DNA from: Lineus longissimus
Lineage: Eukaryota
Direction of reading: 5' to 3'
DNA: 64,000 nt
Assembly (NCBI RefSeq): GCF_910592395.1
Contig: NC_088308.1
Location: forward strand, 1,116,001-1,180,000
This document shows positions 38,701 to 48,330 of the stretch, piece by piece. The notes under the pieces are model-generated. The model saw only the letters and a program-made list of their open reading frames with translations, made no database searches and had not been told where the DNA came from. A program made the position numbers and the translations under genes. Every line of letters starts with the position of its first letter. Positions within the stretch are counted from its first letter, which is position 1.

Positions 38701-41700
38701 GTTGAGTTTGTTGGTTAAAATTTGGAGTTGGAAATCCCTGAATAGTGGTGTAAACAGAAGCAGTATTTTCTATAGGAAATGTTTTTTATACCTTATTAGT
38801 AATCAACCCACGCCAGCCGAGCCGGACACAGATCTCTGAATGTCCCTTGTTTGATGGGTTGATCTCCATAGCATAACCATCTCAATCCATCACCAAAGAT
38901 ACTTTTTTTCACCGTCTTATTATTCTGTCCACGTCTTCCTGAGATTTTGTTCGTTCACCCAGAAAATGGATCTGATCAAGATGTGGATGATATTTAGCAC
39001 TGGGCCGGCAGGAAAAGCTGTCTGATTGGTGCTGAGTTGTATCACCCGGCGAAATTTTTGAGAAAAAAGTGTCAGTGTCACCATCATCAAAGCACCAAAA
39101 AATACTGATAAATGTCAGAGGAGACCATTTCAAAAAAATTGGCGGTGCAATCATCTATCAACGACATACCAACTACTAGTGAGGTCAAATCAACACAATA
39201 TCAATGTATTCATCAAGTGCACCGCGGTCACTAAAACTCAAATCAGATTAAATTCTATCAAAATCTGCCGGAGGTCTGTTTCGATTCCCACACTAAAGAT
39301 ATGTCGCACTTCAACACAATGTATTTGCATTTTCAATCATGGATATTGGAATAAAAAACATCCCGCCTGTCAACAGAGAAACTGATCTAACCCCAGGGTG
39401 TTTTGAAAGAAATTATCGTCCCATGAGAGTTCGAGCAGGGTACTTGGACGGCGGTGCCACCTTTTGTTTCATGATCACACTAGTCAGTAGGCCACCAAGA
39501 CAAACTTCAGAAACTGATCTTCCACCTGGCGTTATATTTTGGAAGGAAGTATCGTCCCATTAAAGTCTGTGCGTGGCAGTTGGACACCTGGTGTTTCATG
39601 ATCACATCAGTCAGTACAATCCATGCAAGACCTGTATAAGTGAAACAGATATCTGTATCCACAGTGCTTTGAAAGACACAAAAGCTTGAAAACAACAGCC
39701 AAAAAAGCAAGAACATAATCTAATCTGGACTTACCATTATTTAGATGTGCGACAGCATTTTCATATACCTGGCAAGCTTTTTTCTCCAGGGCTATCCTCT
39801 CTTCAACTGAAAAATATAAACAAGACATGTCAATCTCAGGGAGACACCATCAAGTTGACCTGCTCAACAACTGAAAACATTGGTCAACTCGCAGCAAAAT
39901 GCTTACAGAGGTGACTGCAGGGGGAGACAAGAAGAATGGATTCATTGTTTTACCTCTGCCTTCCTTGTTTGTACTGAGGAGTTTCTCTTCCAAGCACTGT
40001 CTTGCCACAGCATTCCAAGTGAATGGACTATCACCATAATGGGTCTTCAATCTGAAAGGGTAATGGATACCATTCACTTATACATGAGGATTTCCCTTGT
40101 AACTGGGACTAAATATCATTTTCTGGTTTCTGCAGACTTCACAATGACAAAGATATAAAAAGGGTAGGTACTATAAGGCTGAAGTAGCTAGGAAGTGTGA
40201 GAGAATCCACACAGAAAGCTTAGAAAAGTTGAGCTCTGCAGCACATGAACTTGTAGACTAATAGAAGCCAGTTTGACACCAATTGCACAAAAGTGAGCGG
40301 AGAAATTTAGTTGTTGAACTGAGACTTACTCATTGTAGACATCCTCGGTCATGTCTTGTGTGAAGTCGAACAACTTACAGACGGGCAAGAATGAGAGGCA
40401 GAATTCAACATCACCTGAAAGTGGAACAGCAACATAAAGTGCTCAAGTTACTTCAGGGAGAAACATTCTCTAGGTCGCAAGGCTGTGGAAAGTAAGTGGT
40501 GACAGAATGCCATGGCCCGTCTCGAAAACTAATACCAAAATCTCTACTTTGACCGATTTCCTAACGTGAAGAATCAGTTACCGGTCCTCATCAATTCTAG
40601 CAAAGACAGCTTACCAGGGAATGCTTCCAGGGCCTTCTTGTAAACGATTTGAGCCACTTGGCCAGCAAGGACAGCATCCTGTACATCAGATTCAGTTTCT
40701 TCATTCTCATCCTGAAAGGTAGAACTCCTCTTGTTAGACAGCATGTTAGCAGATGAAGGCATGAAGTCGTTACATGTAGATAAACATATATGAAACAACA
40801 TAATGCTATGCCACCAGGTTACCTTCTCAATTAAGACCACCAAATATTTTTTGGTTTCTTTCTAAAGGACACATGGGTTACATGTATATTGTGGTGGTCC
40901 TAGATCGGTATTCTCAACATCAAAACCCTGGGCTTTTGTCTAGGAGATCCTGAGTGTGTGTCTTCTGCTTGACAATCAATATAAAACAGCTCTCCCTCCT
41001 CATGACCACTGACCTCATTTTCCAGCCCAAGAATTTCCCTTCTTTTCCTTAACTTATCAGCATTGAGAAGTTCAAGTCTGTAGTACTGAAAAAGAAAAGG
41101 ATCAACTATTCAGTTTGGAAGTATCCCAAACTATAATGTCCTTTTTTATGAATCCAATAGTTTGAAACTTTACAGGCGGTTTCAAAGGAATATGAAAACA
41201 CAGCCACTAGTACATGTAATTCACATCCTGCTACACAGGGACAAAGTCAAAGGCAGATGACAGTGCAGGACACTTAACATGCAAGCGTGTCTGTCTAAGT
41301 CAGTGAATGCTAAGAAGAAGACAACTATGACAGGCAGTCAAAATGTAGCCCACCTCAAGCCAAAGATGTTTTGCCTCTGGGTTGAATCTTAGACCTCGCT
41401 GTAAAAGGCTTCTGGCATTATCTGTGTTGCCATGGTCTTCAAACTCCCACTTCGCAGCCAAGATCCATAAATCTGAAGCAAAGATATCATCAACATCACA
41501 TTTAACGTTGGTGAATCAGGTTGTATCGACACTAAGGTCACCGAATCAAATTCTGGTTCATGCCATACCTCATGGGACAGATAATGCCAATTATTGTGTA
41601 GTAGACAAAGAGTTTTAACCCCAAGACTGCTCCTATGACTTGTGTATACAGGTACATACCTGGCTTCCTGCTATGAACCTGTAACATCCTGGTATACAGC

Positions 41701-44700
41701 CGACTGATGGTAGCCTTCTCTTTCTGCAAGACACACAATGGGTGAGGTCAAGTTTTGAGTAAAAAGGGATTGAGTAAAAGTTGAGTTTACTTAGAATTAA
41801 CCTGAACTCTTTACCCCAGGTTCAGGTAAACTCAGAGTAGACCTCTGATGGAGTTCCTTCTCCCGTGGGAAAGATATATGTCCATGAAGAAGTCAGACAC
41901 CTCTTTGCTGTGTAGTATGGCTGTTGATTTGGCGATGACCTGTGTATACCCTATCTGTCAATGATAGCCACCCGAGGCCAAGTACAGTAAAAAAGTCGGC
42001 ATTCTCTTCTCAGAGGTGGAAATAAATCTCCTGTTTCCCCCCTTCAGCCATGGTACTCTCCACAGATCACCTCAAACTGTTCATCTGTGAGTCGCAAGTG
42101 CCTGTGAAAAGGTTTTTCGCTATACGCTGGTCTTCTGGTGAAGTTTTCCTGTCTTTCTTGGGAAAGAGCTTGTAAAAACTGGCATAAAAAACATGCTGAC
42201 AGCAACATGTGGGCCAGAGTGGTCCACTCCAAAGTATTCTCGAAGATTTTTTGTCTCTACAAAGTGTTTGACTAATCATAAATGGACACCTACCCTTTGT
42301 TTAGAGAATTCAATATGCGACAGCCATAATTTGACATCATCCTGAAAAGAACGAACGGTTCCGTTGAACTTGCAACTTGCAACAATCAACTGTCTGCCAT
42401 CCACAGCACATGTCTGAGGTAGATCATGTGTCAAAAGAAGCTATCAGTGTCAGTTATGTATTCAATTATGAATACTTGTAATGAGGAACTAACTATCAAG
42501 ATGGTGTCATCCAACTCCACATTAAGGAATAATAATTTGTCAGAATTGCAGCAACGTTAGGGCTTAAAGAACTTCATTTCATCGTTGACAATAATCAAAT
42601 GAGACATTCTTTGGGAGTAAACCAAATTGGAGTTTGTGAAAAACTTGTCCGCCATCTGTCTCGAACAGGTCTTTTGCAACATACCTGAAACCGGGAGCAG
42701 GCCATCTGAAAACAAGGAGACAAACTCGTGAATAAATAGGAAAAAAAATCCGATAAAATGCAAGAATTTCTTATCATTAACCAAATATGGGTGAGGTAAT
42801 GGTGATGGTGTGGGATTCAACTGACCCTGGTCTCTTCAGTCTCAACACTAAAGAAGGACAGGCACAAGCACTTTACATCACATTTAATCACTACACCTGT
42901 TCATCACAACCAACACTGGTTCATTGAAAGAGAAGGCACTAGGTCTGTTCTGGAGCTCAACTTTGCTAGTACAGTGGAAAACTTTGTGAATCACTGTGCT
43001 CTCCATGACTTCATTGGCACCAGTCGGCAAACATCTCATCCTGACCTACCCTGAATAGTTTGTGGATCCTTTGGACGATGGCAACATCAATCTCAAACTT
43101 CTTGAAGTTATAACCAGTCCTCTGGAAAGGGAATAACAAATACAGTTTTAATATGGAGGCCTTTGTTGATGCTGACAATTCAATATCAATCAGTGACAAC
43201 TGGGAGATGATGGGCAGAGGGAAAAAAAACCAATTAGGACAAACATGGCATCAAATTTCCCACCATGAAATCAAAGATATTGAACACTTATCCATTTGAC
43301 CACCCCAACATTTCTTCTTCTTTAGCAAAGAACACCACCTGGGCAATGAACATTAGACACAATAGGACAGATGCTTCAAACATTGATCTTTGATCCTAAG
43401 TTGTCCACTCAATATCAACTAATTGAGCTGGAGCTTACCTCTCTTCTCTTCTTGACAAGGGATAATACATTCACTTCATACTGAAAAGTGACAGAGAAAG
43501 TTATATTCAAATTCTCAAAAAAATCAATAAAAAATGTGATAATCGGATGTCCACCTGTTTCCGAATACTACAAAATCGGGTCGTTTTTCGGTAACAGAGT
43601 TAAAACTTTCAAGTTTCACTTTCTCTCAGACAGTGACATTTCTTGTCACAGTAAATGAAGTCAAGGATTCGATAGGTAAGCTGCATGATCGTTTCATCTG
43701 TCTACGTTACCTGGATGTACTGAAGATAATCTTCTTTCACCTTGGTTCGCCGTCTAAGTTTGTATTCATGGTGCTTGCGCTTTTTCAATATTTTTCTGAA
43801 AAAATAATCTTAGGGGTCAAATACCTCACAAAACTGGAGGCGAAAAGGTGTAGTCAATTGTATAGTACCCCCAGGTATATGGCACAGCTTAACCTGCCGG
43901 CTATGAGGGAATTCCTTTATGGCCCAGTGCGGTCAAACTTTGGATCGGTGACCGGTGCGTACAATACATCTGGCAGACCTGGATGCGAGCTCTGGATTTG
44001 AAGTTCGGTACTGAGACGCATGAAGCGCTAAGTAGGATCGAGGACGATCCATCTCTGTCCAAAGGGGGGAATGATGTATAGTACCCCCAGGTATATGGCA
44101 CGGCTTAACCCGCCGGCCATGAGGGAATTTCTTTATGGCCCAGTGGTTGGCGCGTTGGCCCCAGAGTGGAAGTTAAGCAACATTGAGCGCGGTCAACCTT
44201 TGGATCGGTGACCAGCGCATACAATACATCAATAATTAGAAGCTGGATGCTGGATCATTTATGCTCAGGTAAGAAAAGAGAAAGGCCTTGTCAACAAGGC
44301 TACCATCCCATTTGTCGGTGATCCACAGACTCACGTCACCTTCCCATCATTAGAGACATCATTAGGCTCCCATCATTATCTCAATATCTGTGTGATGCAA
44401 CATCAAGCTATCTTTCATCTTCTTGGAAATGTCACAACAGAATCTCTCCAAAATATCTCTCGGGACGGGATCTCGGAAATACGAGTATCGAGAGTGGGGT
44501 AAAGAACCCAGCCCTTCGGCTGGCCTTGGCCAAGAGACTATACTATGGAGCGGATGGTCAGTATTCAGCACTACTGGAAGAGCTCAATCTACGTGCACAT
44601 CATGAATCGCGCATACATGTCATGTATCATGCATGATGATGATGATGATGATGATGATGATGCTCACCGAGTTTCATGTTTTGTGAAGAGGCCAACTCTT

Positions 44701-44759
44701 TCCATTTGCTCCAATTCTGGGAGCATTTCCTCCACGTTTAGCTGCACGAATTCGGCCAT
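5547..44759 (-). CDS. UTP6: U3 small nucleolar RNA-associated protein 6 homolog (HAT-repeat SSU processome protein); 20 coding exons, 597 aa
   Basis: Exons 44759-44668, 43795-43711, 43480-43439, 43121-43050, 42705-42685, 42341-42294, 41723-41660, 41472-41354, 41085-41014, 40711-40615, 40414-40330, 40051-39954, 39806-39735, 7965-7886, 7632-7555, 7178-6990, 6700-6623, 6364-6258, 6046-5907, 5701-5547 join in phase through GT-AG introns to 1794 nt. Protein MAEFVQLNVEEMLPELEQMERVGLF...LWILAAKWEFED...DLWLDYIKLEL...IHWRAMKQLDG...QTGHQD is colinear with UTP6 as I recall it. Confidence 0.96.
5907..6046 (-). CDS. UTP6: UTP6 coding exon 19
   Basis: ttgcag | (R)LSKVKPVSVNFFNKFIMLERCQ...RQIYEDAISEYGNNNP | gttcg. 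Confidence 0.92.
6258..6364 (-). CDS. UTP6: UTP6 coding exon 18
   Basis: cttcag | AGMSKRSCVGCPIKEVYVEWLGLTRSIKKVREEYN | gtaag. Confidence 0.92.
6623..6700 (-). CDS. UTP6: UTP6 coding exon 17
   Basis: cttgcag | DALPIYQLMIDWAIAAKSEKINDLFK | gtgag. Confidence 0.92.
6990..7178 (-). CDS. UTP6: UTP6 coding exon 16
   Basis: tttcag | IAVLVNTSQITRAIEVANL...SVQLWMVSLQLAI...LNSVHKK | gtatg. Confidence 0.92.
7555..7632 (-). CDS. UTP6: UTP6 coding exon 15
   Basis: ttttgcag | RIARALEIFERAEEEKYVSEEMYLEW | gtaag. Confidence 0.92.
7886..7965 (-). CDS. UTP6: UTP6 coding exon 14
   Basis: ttcag | (E)VMWTAYLLFCIERIPLNPGNRSLTDS | gtaag. Confidence 0.9.
15128..15537. mobile_element. Non-autonomous DNA transposon (MITE, possibly PIF/Harbinger-like)
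   Basis: Terminal inverted repeats AGCTGCGCTTACACCAC ... GTGGTGTAAGTGCGGCT; internal copies of (G)GTGTAAGCG / CTTACACC; CpG-rich against a CpG-poor background. No clean TSD, so the superfamily is tentative. Confidence 0.7.
16031..16050 (+). repeat. G20 homopolymer
   Basis: 20 consecutive G. Other G/C runs of 11-15 nt at 6179, 8040, 11801, 33639 and 49965. Confidence 0.9.
31913..32911 (+). CDS. Uncharacterised single-pass (type III-like) membrane protein, 332 aa, nested antisense in UTP6 intron 13
   Basis: 999-nt ORF; GCCACCATG Kozak context with an in-frame TGA 7 codons upstream; pyrimidine tract + CAG acceptor ending 31850; hydrophobic segment LFYIGVLTPAAIVVFLFVIFLICWF followed by basic residues; AATAAA at 33052-33057. 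No family recognised. Confidence 0.8.
   Translation: MLQTLFYIGVLTPAAIVVFLFVIFLICWFKCNLRERIYQKIGRGHNSTQSSLADTKDYMNGKMQPQVAVRQEHLENEDNESRCGSVRIINGQVVKYNRGEFPYMKRESWRYMSSKSVSKIRQEILQDKVFPPLPPIWTTAADSSSSLDSETAMTKPWLPQEGKGQGHEQPPRESQMWNNERHCSWSHSPQRPSVDNSPVNIKQQGQNADLPESSSDTSDSLGTSPAIHRENTAVRPLYFSQTPILTQSSIHGSPKRNHNYNQKTLNEKIPDKSYDLFLKTEPSTDSRLTMTANSNGCQKQLLLDSQDLGTSTDVDNIYLSVMPNVRPPIVSV
34385..34562. mobile_element. Tc1/mariner (pogo/Tigger-like) MITE
   Basis: TA at 34383-84 and 34563-64 flank TIRs CAGTTGAACCTCT ... AGAGGTTCTGCTG; internal repeats of GTCCTTAATAGAGAGG in both orientations. Confidence 0.88.
38239..38461. repeat. Degenerate direct duplication (~80 bp x2) containing palindrome TTAATTGATCAATTAA
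   Basis: CAATGCATGGACT...GAGTTAATTGATCAATTAA...AAGCTCCCTACTTCAT at 38239-38323 and 38382-38461. Confidence 0.8.
39377..39616. repeat. Degenerate tandem duplication (~130-bp period)
   Basis: AGAAACTGATCT...TATCGTCCCAT...TGTTTCATGATCACA...AGTCAGTA occurs twice in the same order. Confidence 0.7.
39735..39806 (-). CDS. UTP6: UTP6 coding exon 13
   Basis: ttttcag | (V)EERIALEKKACQVYENAVAHLNN | gtaag; phase 1 matches exon 14. Confidence 0.9.
39954..40051 (-). CDS. UTP6: UTP6 coding exon 12
   Basis: tttcag | (E)LKTHYGDSPFTWNAVARQCLEEKLLSTNKEGR | gtaaa. Confidence 0.9.
40330..40414 (-). CDS. UTP6: UTP6 coding exon 11
   Basis: tttcag | (G)DVEFCLSFLPVCKLFDFTQDMTEDVYN | gtaag. Confidence 0.92.
40615..40711 (-). 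CDS. UTP6: UTP6 coding exon 10
   Basis: tttcag | DENEETESDVQDAVLAGQVAQIVYKKALEAFP | gtaag. Confidence 0.92.
41014..41085 (-). CDS. UTP6: UTP6 coding exon 9
   Basis: ttttcag | YYRLELLNADKLRKRREILGLENE | gtcag. Confidence 0.92.
41354..41472 (-). CDS. UTP6: UTP6 coding exon 8
   Basis: ttcag | (D)LWILAAKWEFEDHGNTDNARSLLQRGLRFNPEAKHLWLE | gtggg; HAT repeat. Confidence 0.95.
41660..41723 (-). CDS. UTP6: UTP6 coding exon 7
   Basis: ttgcag | KEKATISRLYTRMLQVHSRKP | gtatg. Confidence 0.92.
42294..42341 (-). CDS. UTP6: UTP6 coding exon 6
   Basis: ttttcag | DDVKLWLSHIEFSKQR | gtagg. Confidence 0.92.
42685..42705 (-). CDS. UTP6: UTP6 coding exon 5 (21-nt microexon)
   Basis: ttttcag | MACSRFQ | gtatg; fills the gap between HKLFR and DDVKLW. 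Confidence 0.82.
43050..43121 (-). CDS. UTP6: UTP6 coding exon 4
   Basis: tttccag | RTGYNFKKFEIDVAIVQRIHKLFR | gtagg. Confidence 0.93.
43439..43480 (-). CDS. UTP6: UTP6 coding exon 3
   Basis: ttttcag | YEVNVLSLVKKRRE | gtaag. Confidence 0.92.
43711..43795 (-). CDS. UTP6: UTP6 coding exon 2
   Basis: ttttcag | KILKKRKHHEYKLRRRTKVKEDYLQYIQ | gtaac. Confidence 0.93.
43859..44230 (+). repeat. Duplicated interspersed repeat containing a 5S rRNA-derived internal-promoter fragment (SINE-like)
   Basis: Direct copies at 43859-43970 and 44075-44230. Copy 2 has GAAGTTAAGCAACATTGAGCGCGGTCAACCTTTGGATCGGTGACC (44169-44213), resembling the 5S box A-IE-box C region; 5S termini are absent. Confidence 0.65.
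44633..44662. repeat. (ATG)10 microsatellite abutting the UTP6 exon 1 donor
   Basis: Ten perfect ATG units starting at intron position +6. Confidence 0.9.
44668..44759 (-). CDS. UTP6: UTP6 coding exon 1
   Basis: MAEFVQLNVEEMLPELEQMERVGLFTKHET(R); donor gtgag. Confidence 0.95.
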
Positions 44760-45031
44760 GTTGAAGCCTGGTCGATCAGTCTACAGGTCTGGCAAGTTTT
44801 TGCCGTTTATTACAACAAACTGGTGAAATAAAGATGAAAACTAAAGCCTAAAAGTGTCACAAACTCGAACACATAGAAAACATGTGCCGATGTGGATTTG
44901 TAAACAGGAAGCACTTTAGCGCTGCCAAGTGGAAAATGTTAGAACTAAAATTTCAACCATAACCAGCTGGAAGAGAAACCGCGCGGGATCAATAAATAAC
45001 CAGCTGGAGGAGTGGCAGCGGCTGTTGTCTC

Positions 45032-45186
45032 AATTTCACTATGGTAAATCCACAATTCACCATGGTAAACTGACAGCACTTCACCACGTTGAATTGGGAC
45101 GGTGAAATATTTTACCATAGTGACCATGGTGAATTCTACATTCACCATGGTGAGCATGGCAAACTCTAAATTCACCATGATGAACG
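45032..45186. repeat. Cluster of short palindromic TTCACCATGGTRAA-like repeats (probable decayed MITE)
   Basis: About seven degenerate copies of (TTC)ACCATGGT(GAA) within ~150 bp, ~300 bp upstream of the UTP6 ATG. Confidence 0.6.
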
Positions 45187-46621
45187 GCCTGTAAAAAACG
45201 GCCATAGCAAGCTGATGGATGCTTGCCAGAGCCCTCTATTAAACACTGCGTACATTAAGTGTACATTGTTGTTCATTAGTTTTGGTAAAAAAAGTACTCC
45301 TTGGACCAATCAATCTGCACAAAATTGTGTCAAGAAGAACCCTTTGCCAATAGCATAATAAAGTTTCAAAATATTCCAATACCGATTGCCTGAGAAAAAA
45401 TGATTTCCGTAAACCATATCTATCAAAACGTCACCAGTTGGCGCATTGGTATGGCCCTGTCAAAATACAAGTTCTAAACTGACCAGTGAGACCACATTTT
45501 CTTAAATATATTATCAAAAAGCATATTTATGTGATGGCCTGACTCTGTAGATTGAGAATTAATTCCACTTTGGTCCATCCCAGCCATGTATTTACTACAA
45601 CTTGACCTTTTAATAAGCAGTATGTCTCTGCCCTGCATGGTGAGCGAGATGAGACAGTTACAGCCCGCTCGGTGTTATAAAAGATAATGCTCATATTTGA
45701 TTTTAATGTTTGAATGGCTTTCCCAAAAAAAATTTAGAAGCGAGGTCAACAGGGTCAAACGAAATAGTCTTTGGCGCCAATGATATCAGCAATGATTTGA
45801 ATTAAGATTCGAGTCGATTCTTTTGGAGTCGGAAATACCCATGCACACGGCAATCGTATCTATATAGCTCCGTGCACGTGATTTGAAGGGACAATTTCGG
45901 TGTGGGATTTAGGTGGCCAGGAAGCTGATATGTAATTTGAATCTATCCGCCTGCTCATCACTGTAGTTACAAACTAAATGCTCATCGCTAATAATGAATT
46001 TAGCGTGTAATGTGTGACGGGTTGACATGACTTGCAAATCTTAGATTTTTAGGCAAGCGTACAGTTACATTCCGTTTTGGTGAGATCTTTTTTGCAGTTT
46101 GATGATATGTCAATAATTCTCTCGACTCCTTGAGAAGTCACGGTCCCACTTGAAGCTATTTTGCATGAAAAACAGCCTGTCTCATGCCCAAGTTGTCCCT
46201 TCAACAAAGAATGTTTGTAGCTGATTTTATGGTTTGAAAGGCCATTTTGAAAAAGGGTTTAGAATCGAGGTCAACCAAAATAGTTCTTGGCCGGCCTCAA
46301 TATACCCTCGGGAATTCATGCCACCGACTAGTCAAACCATTCTCTGGATTGCTCGAACACCTGGAATCAGTGTGTACTTCAGCTTGAAAAGTTCGGGTGA
46401 AGGGGTTTTCTTCATGATAATATTCACAATGGTATAAGATGATGGTGTAAGAGGGCCGGCGAATCTAGGAACTGGAAGAAGAGGGAGCGTGCACTGCATT
46501 TCTCATCAAAATTCCTGGACAGGTGTGTTCCAAAATTTCATGAGTGGTCAATTAAAAAAAGTTTACATCAATTAGGAGCCGTGCGTCTGGTGCACCCGCT
46601 TGGATCCGCGCCTGATAAACG

Positions 46622-47895
46622 TCCTTTGACAAAATCACCGACTTATTAGATCAAGGTAGCCCTGTAGATGTAATTTATCTAGACTTTTCCAAAGCTTTCG
46701 ACACTGTGCCCCATGAGCGATTGAAAAACAAGTTACAATACTACGGCGTGCGAGGAAATATCTACAACTGGATATGTGACTTCGTAAGAGATAGGAGGCA
46801 AAGGGTTATGGTAGACGGAGCAGCATCCGAGTGGGCGGCTGTGACCAGCGGAGTACCACAAGGCAGTGTCCTTGGTCCGACTTTGTTTATTTATTATGTG
46901 AACGACATCCCTCACTGCGTGGAGAACTTAGCAATGATGTTTGCGGATGACGCCAAACTCATAGCAGAAGTCGCAACAACAGAGCAGACGCAGTCGGTGC
47001 AAAAAGATCTCAGCAACCTTGATGATTGGACTGAACTATGGCAACTCAGATTTAATATGGATAAATGTAAGAGTATGCATCTCGGAAGAAACAATCCACA
47101 TGCAGAATACTTTCTGAGGAAAGATGGCCAGAGACATGAGGTTTTAGAATCAGATTGCGAAAAGGACTTGGGGGTGATCATCGATAGAAACCTGACTTTT
47201 GAAAATCACATTAATAATGTAGCTAATGTAGCAACAAAGATTGTTGGAATGATCAGGAGATCCTTTGACCATTTGGATACTAGGATGTTTGCGACACTAT
47301 TTAAAAGTTTGGTAAGGCCACACCTCGAATATGCAAATGTCATCTGGGCCCCCCACCTGAAGAAAAACATAACCGTACTGGAAAACGTACAAAGACGAGC
47401 AACAAAGTTAATCCCGGGATTAAGAGACATCAGTTACGAGGAGAGACTCTGCAAATTAGGACTCCCGAGTTTATCCTATAGAAGACTTCGAGGGGACTTA
47501 ATAGAAACTTACAAGATCACCCATGGTTACTACAACATAGATGGACTTAATCTAACCCAACCTGTCGATGTCACCTATCAAACCAGAGGTCATTCGTATA
47601 AGTTAAACAAACCAAGAGCCAAACTAGATATCCGAAAGTACTTTTTTACCAACAGAATCATAGATCCGTGGAATAACTTGCCAGAACAAGCAGTGAATGC
47701 CAACTCGCTAAACCAATTTAAAAATATGATTGACACTCATTACAAATCCGAACTCTACAGCACAGAACCTAGATCAATCATCAAATTTCGTACACACCCC
47801 GCCATGCCCACGCAAACAAAAGTATTGAAGAAAAAAACTGCTACATACAGGCTAAAAGCCTATTGCAGTATCGTTATGTATGTATATATATATAA
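46622..47895 (+). mobile_element. 5'-truncated CR1-clade non-LTR retrotransposon (RT and C-terminal part of ORF2)
   Basis: Frame opens after TAA at 46616-18: VDVIYLDFSKAFDTVPH...SGVPQGSVLGP...FADDAK...EKDLGV...LVRPHLEYA...RRLRGDLIETYK...TRGH...WNNLP; 3' hairpin AGGCT-aaa-AGCCT then a (TATG)/(TA) tail. No endonuclease or ORF1. Confidence 0.93.
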
Positions 47896-47911
47896 AACCG
47901 GGCCGAATTAG
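46706..47911 (+). CDS. CR1-type LINE reverse transcriptase, partial (no true start codon)
   Basis: 401-aa uninterrupted ORF with non-LTR RT motifs QGSVLGP and FADD. Confidence 0.85.
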   Translation: MPHERLKNKLQYYGVRGNIYNWICDFVRDRRQRVMVDGAASEWAAVTSGVPQGSVLGPTLFIYYVNDIPHCVENLAMMFADDAKLIAEVATTEQTQSVQKDLSNLDDWTELWQLRFNMDKCKSMHLGRNNPHAEYFLRKDGQRHEVLESDCEKDLGVIIDRNLTFENHINNVANVATKIVGMIRRSFDHLDTRMFATLFKSLVRPHLEYANVIWAPHLKKNITVLENVQRRATKLIPGLRDISYEERLCKLGLPSLSYRRLRGDLIETYKITHGYYNIDGLNLTQPVDVTYQTRGHSYKLNKPRAKLDIRKYFFTNRIIDPWNNLPEQAVNANSLNQFKNMIDTHYKSELYSTEPRSIIKFRTHPAMPTQTKVLKKKTATYRLKAYCSIVMYVYIYKTGPN

Positions 47912-48330
47912 TCCTGGCTGCTCTGCCAAGTTGTCAACATGGTGAGCGAGATGAGACAGTCACAGCCAGGCCGCATCAATCTTCGCCGCACTGCCTAGTT
48001 GTTAATATGGTGAGCGAGATGAGACAGTCACAGCCAGGCCGAATCAGTCCTGGCTGCGCATGCTCTGCCAAGTTGTCAACATGGTGAGCGAGATGAGACA
48101 GTCTCAGCCAGGCCGAATCAGTCCTGGCTGCTCTGCCAAGTTGTCAACATGGTGAGCGAGATGAGACAGTCACAGCCAGGCCGAATCAGTCTTGGCTGAT
48201 CTGCCAAGTTGTCAACATGGTGAGCGAGATGAGACAGTCACAGCCAGGTCGAATCAGTCTTGGCTGCTCTGCCAAGTTGTCAACATGGTGAGCGAGATGA
48301 GACAGTCACAGCCAGGCCGAATCAGTCCTT
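47901..48330. repeat. Minisatellite, 68-bp unit, ~6.3 copies
   Basis: Unit GGCCGAATCAGTCCTGGCTGCTCTGCCAAGTTGTCAACATGGTGAGCGAGATGAGACAGTCACAGCCA starts at 47901, 47969, 48037, 48111, 48179, 48247, 48315; a partial copy lies at ~45636-45665. Confidence 0.95.

Noticed and set aside
7966..39734. Conserved microRNAs or tRNA genes in the giant intron
   Set aside because: Only seed-length resemblances (e.g. TAATACTGTCA at 38468) with no full mature match or hairpin; no cloverleaf seen by eye.
42826..42915. Possible intronic C/D box snoRNA (GTGATGA ... CTGA ~70 nt apart, minus strand)
   Set aside because: Weak terminal stem and at most a ~9-nt rRNA-like guide match; such boxes arise by chance. snoscan or Rfam would be needed.
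44169..44213. 5S rRNA gene
   Set aside because: Only the internal control-region segment resembles 5S; both ends and the T-run terminator are missing.
47901..48330. CRISPR-like array
   Set aside because: Head-to-tail units with no unique spacers, no cas genes, eukaryotic context: a minisatellite.
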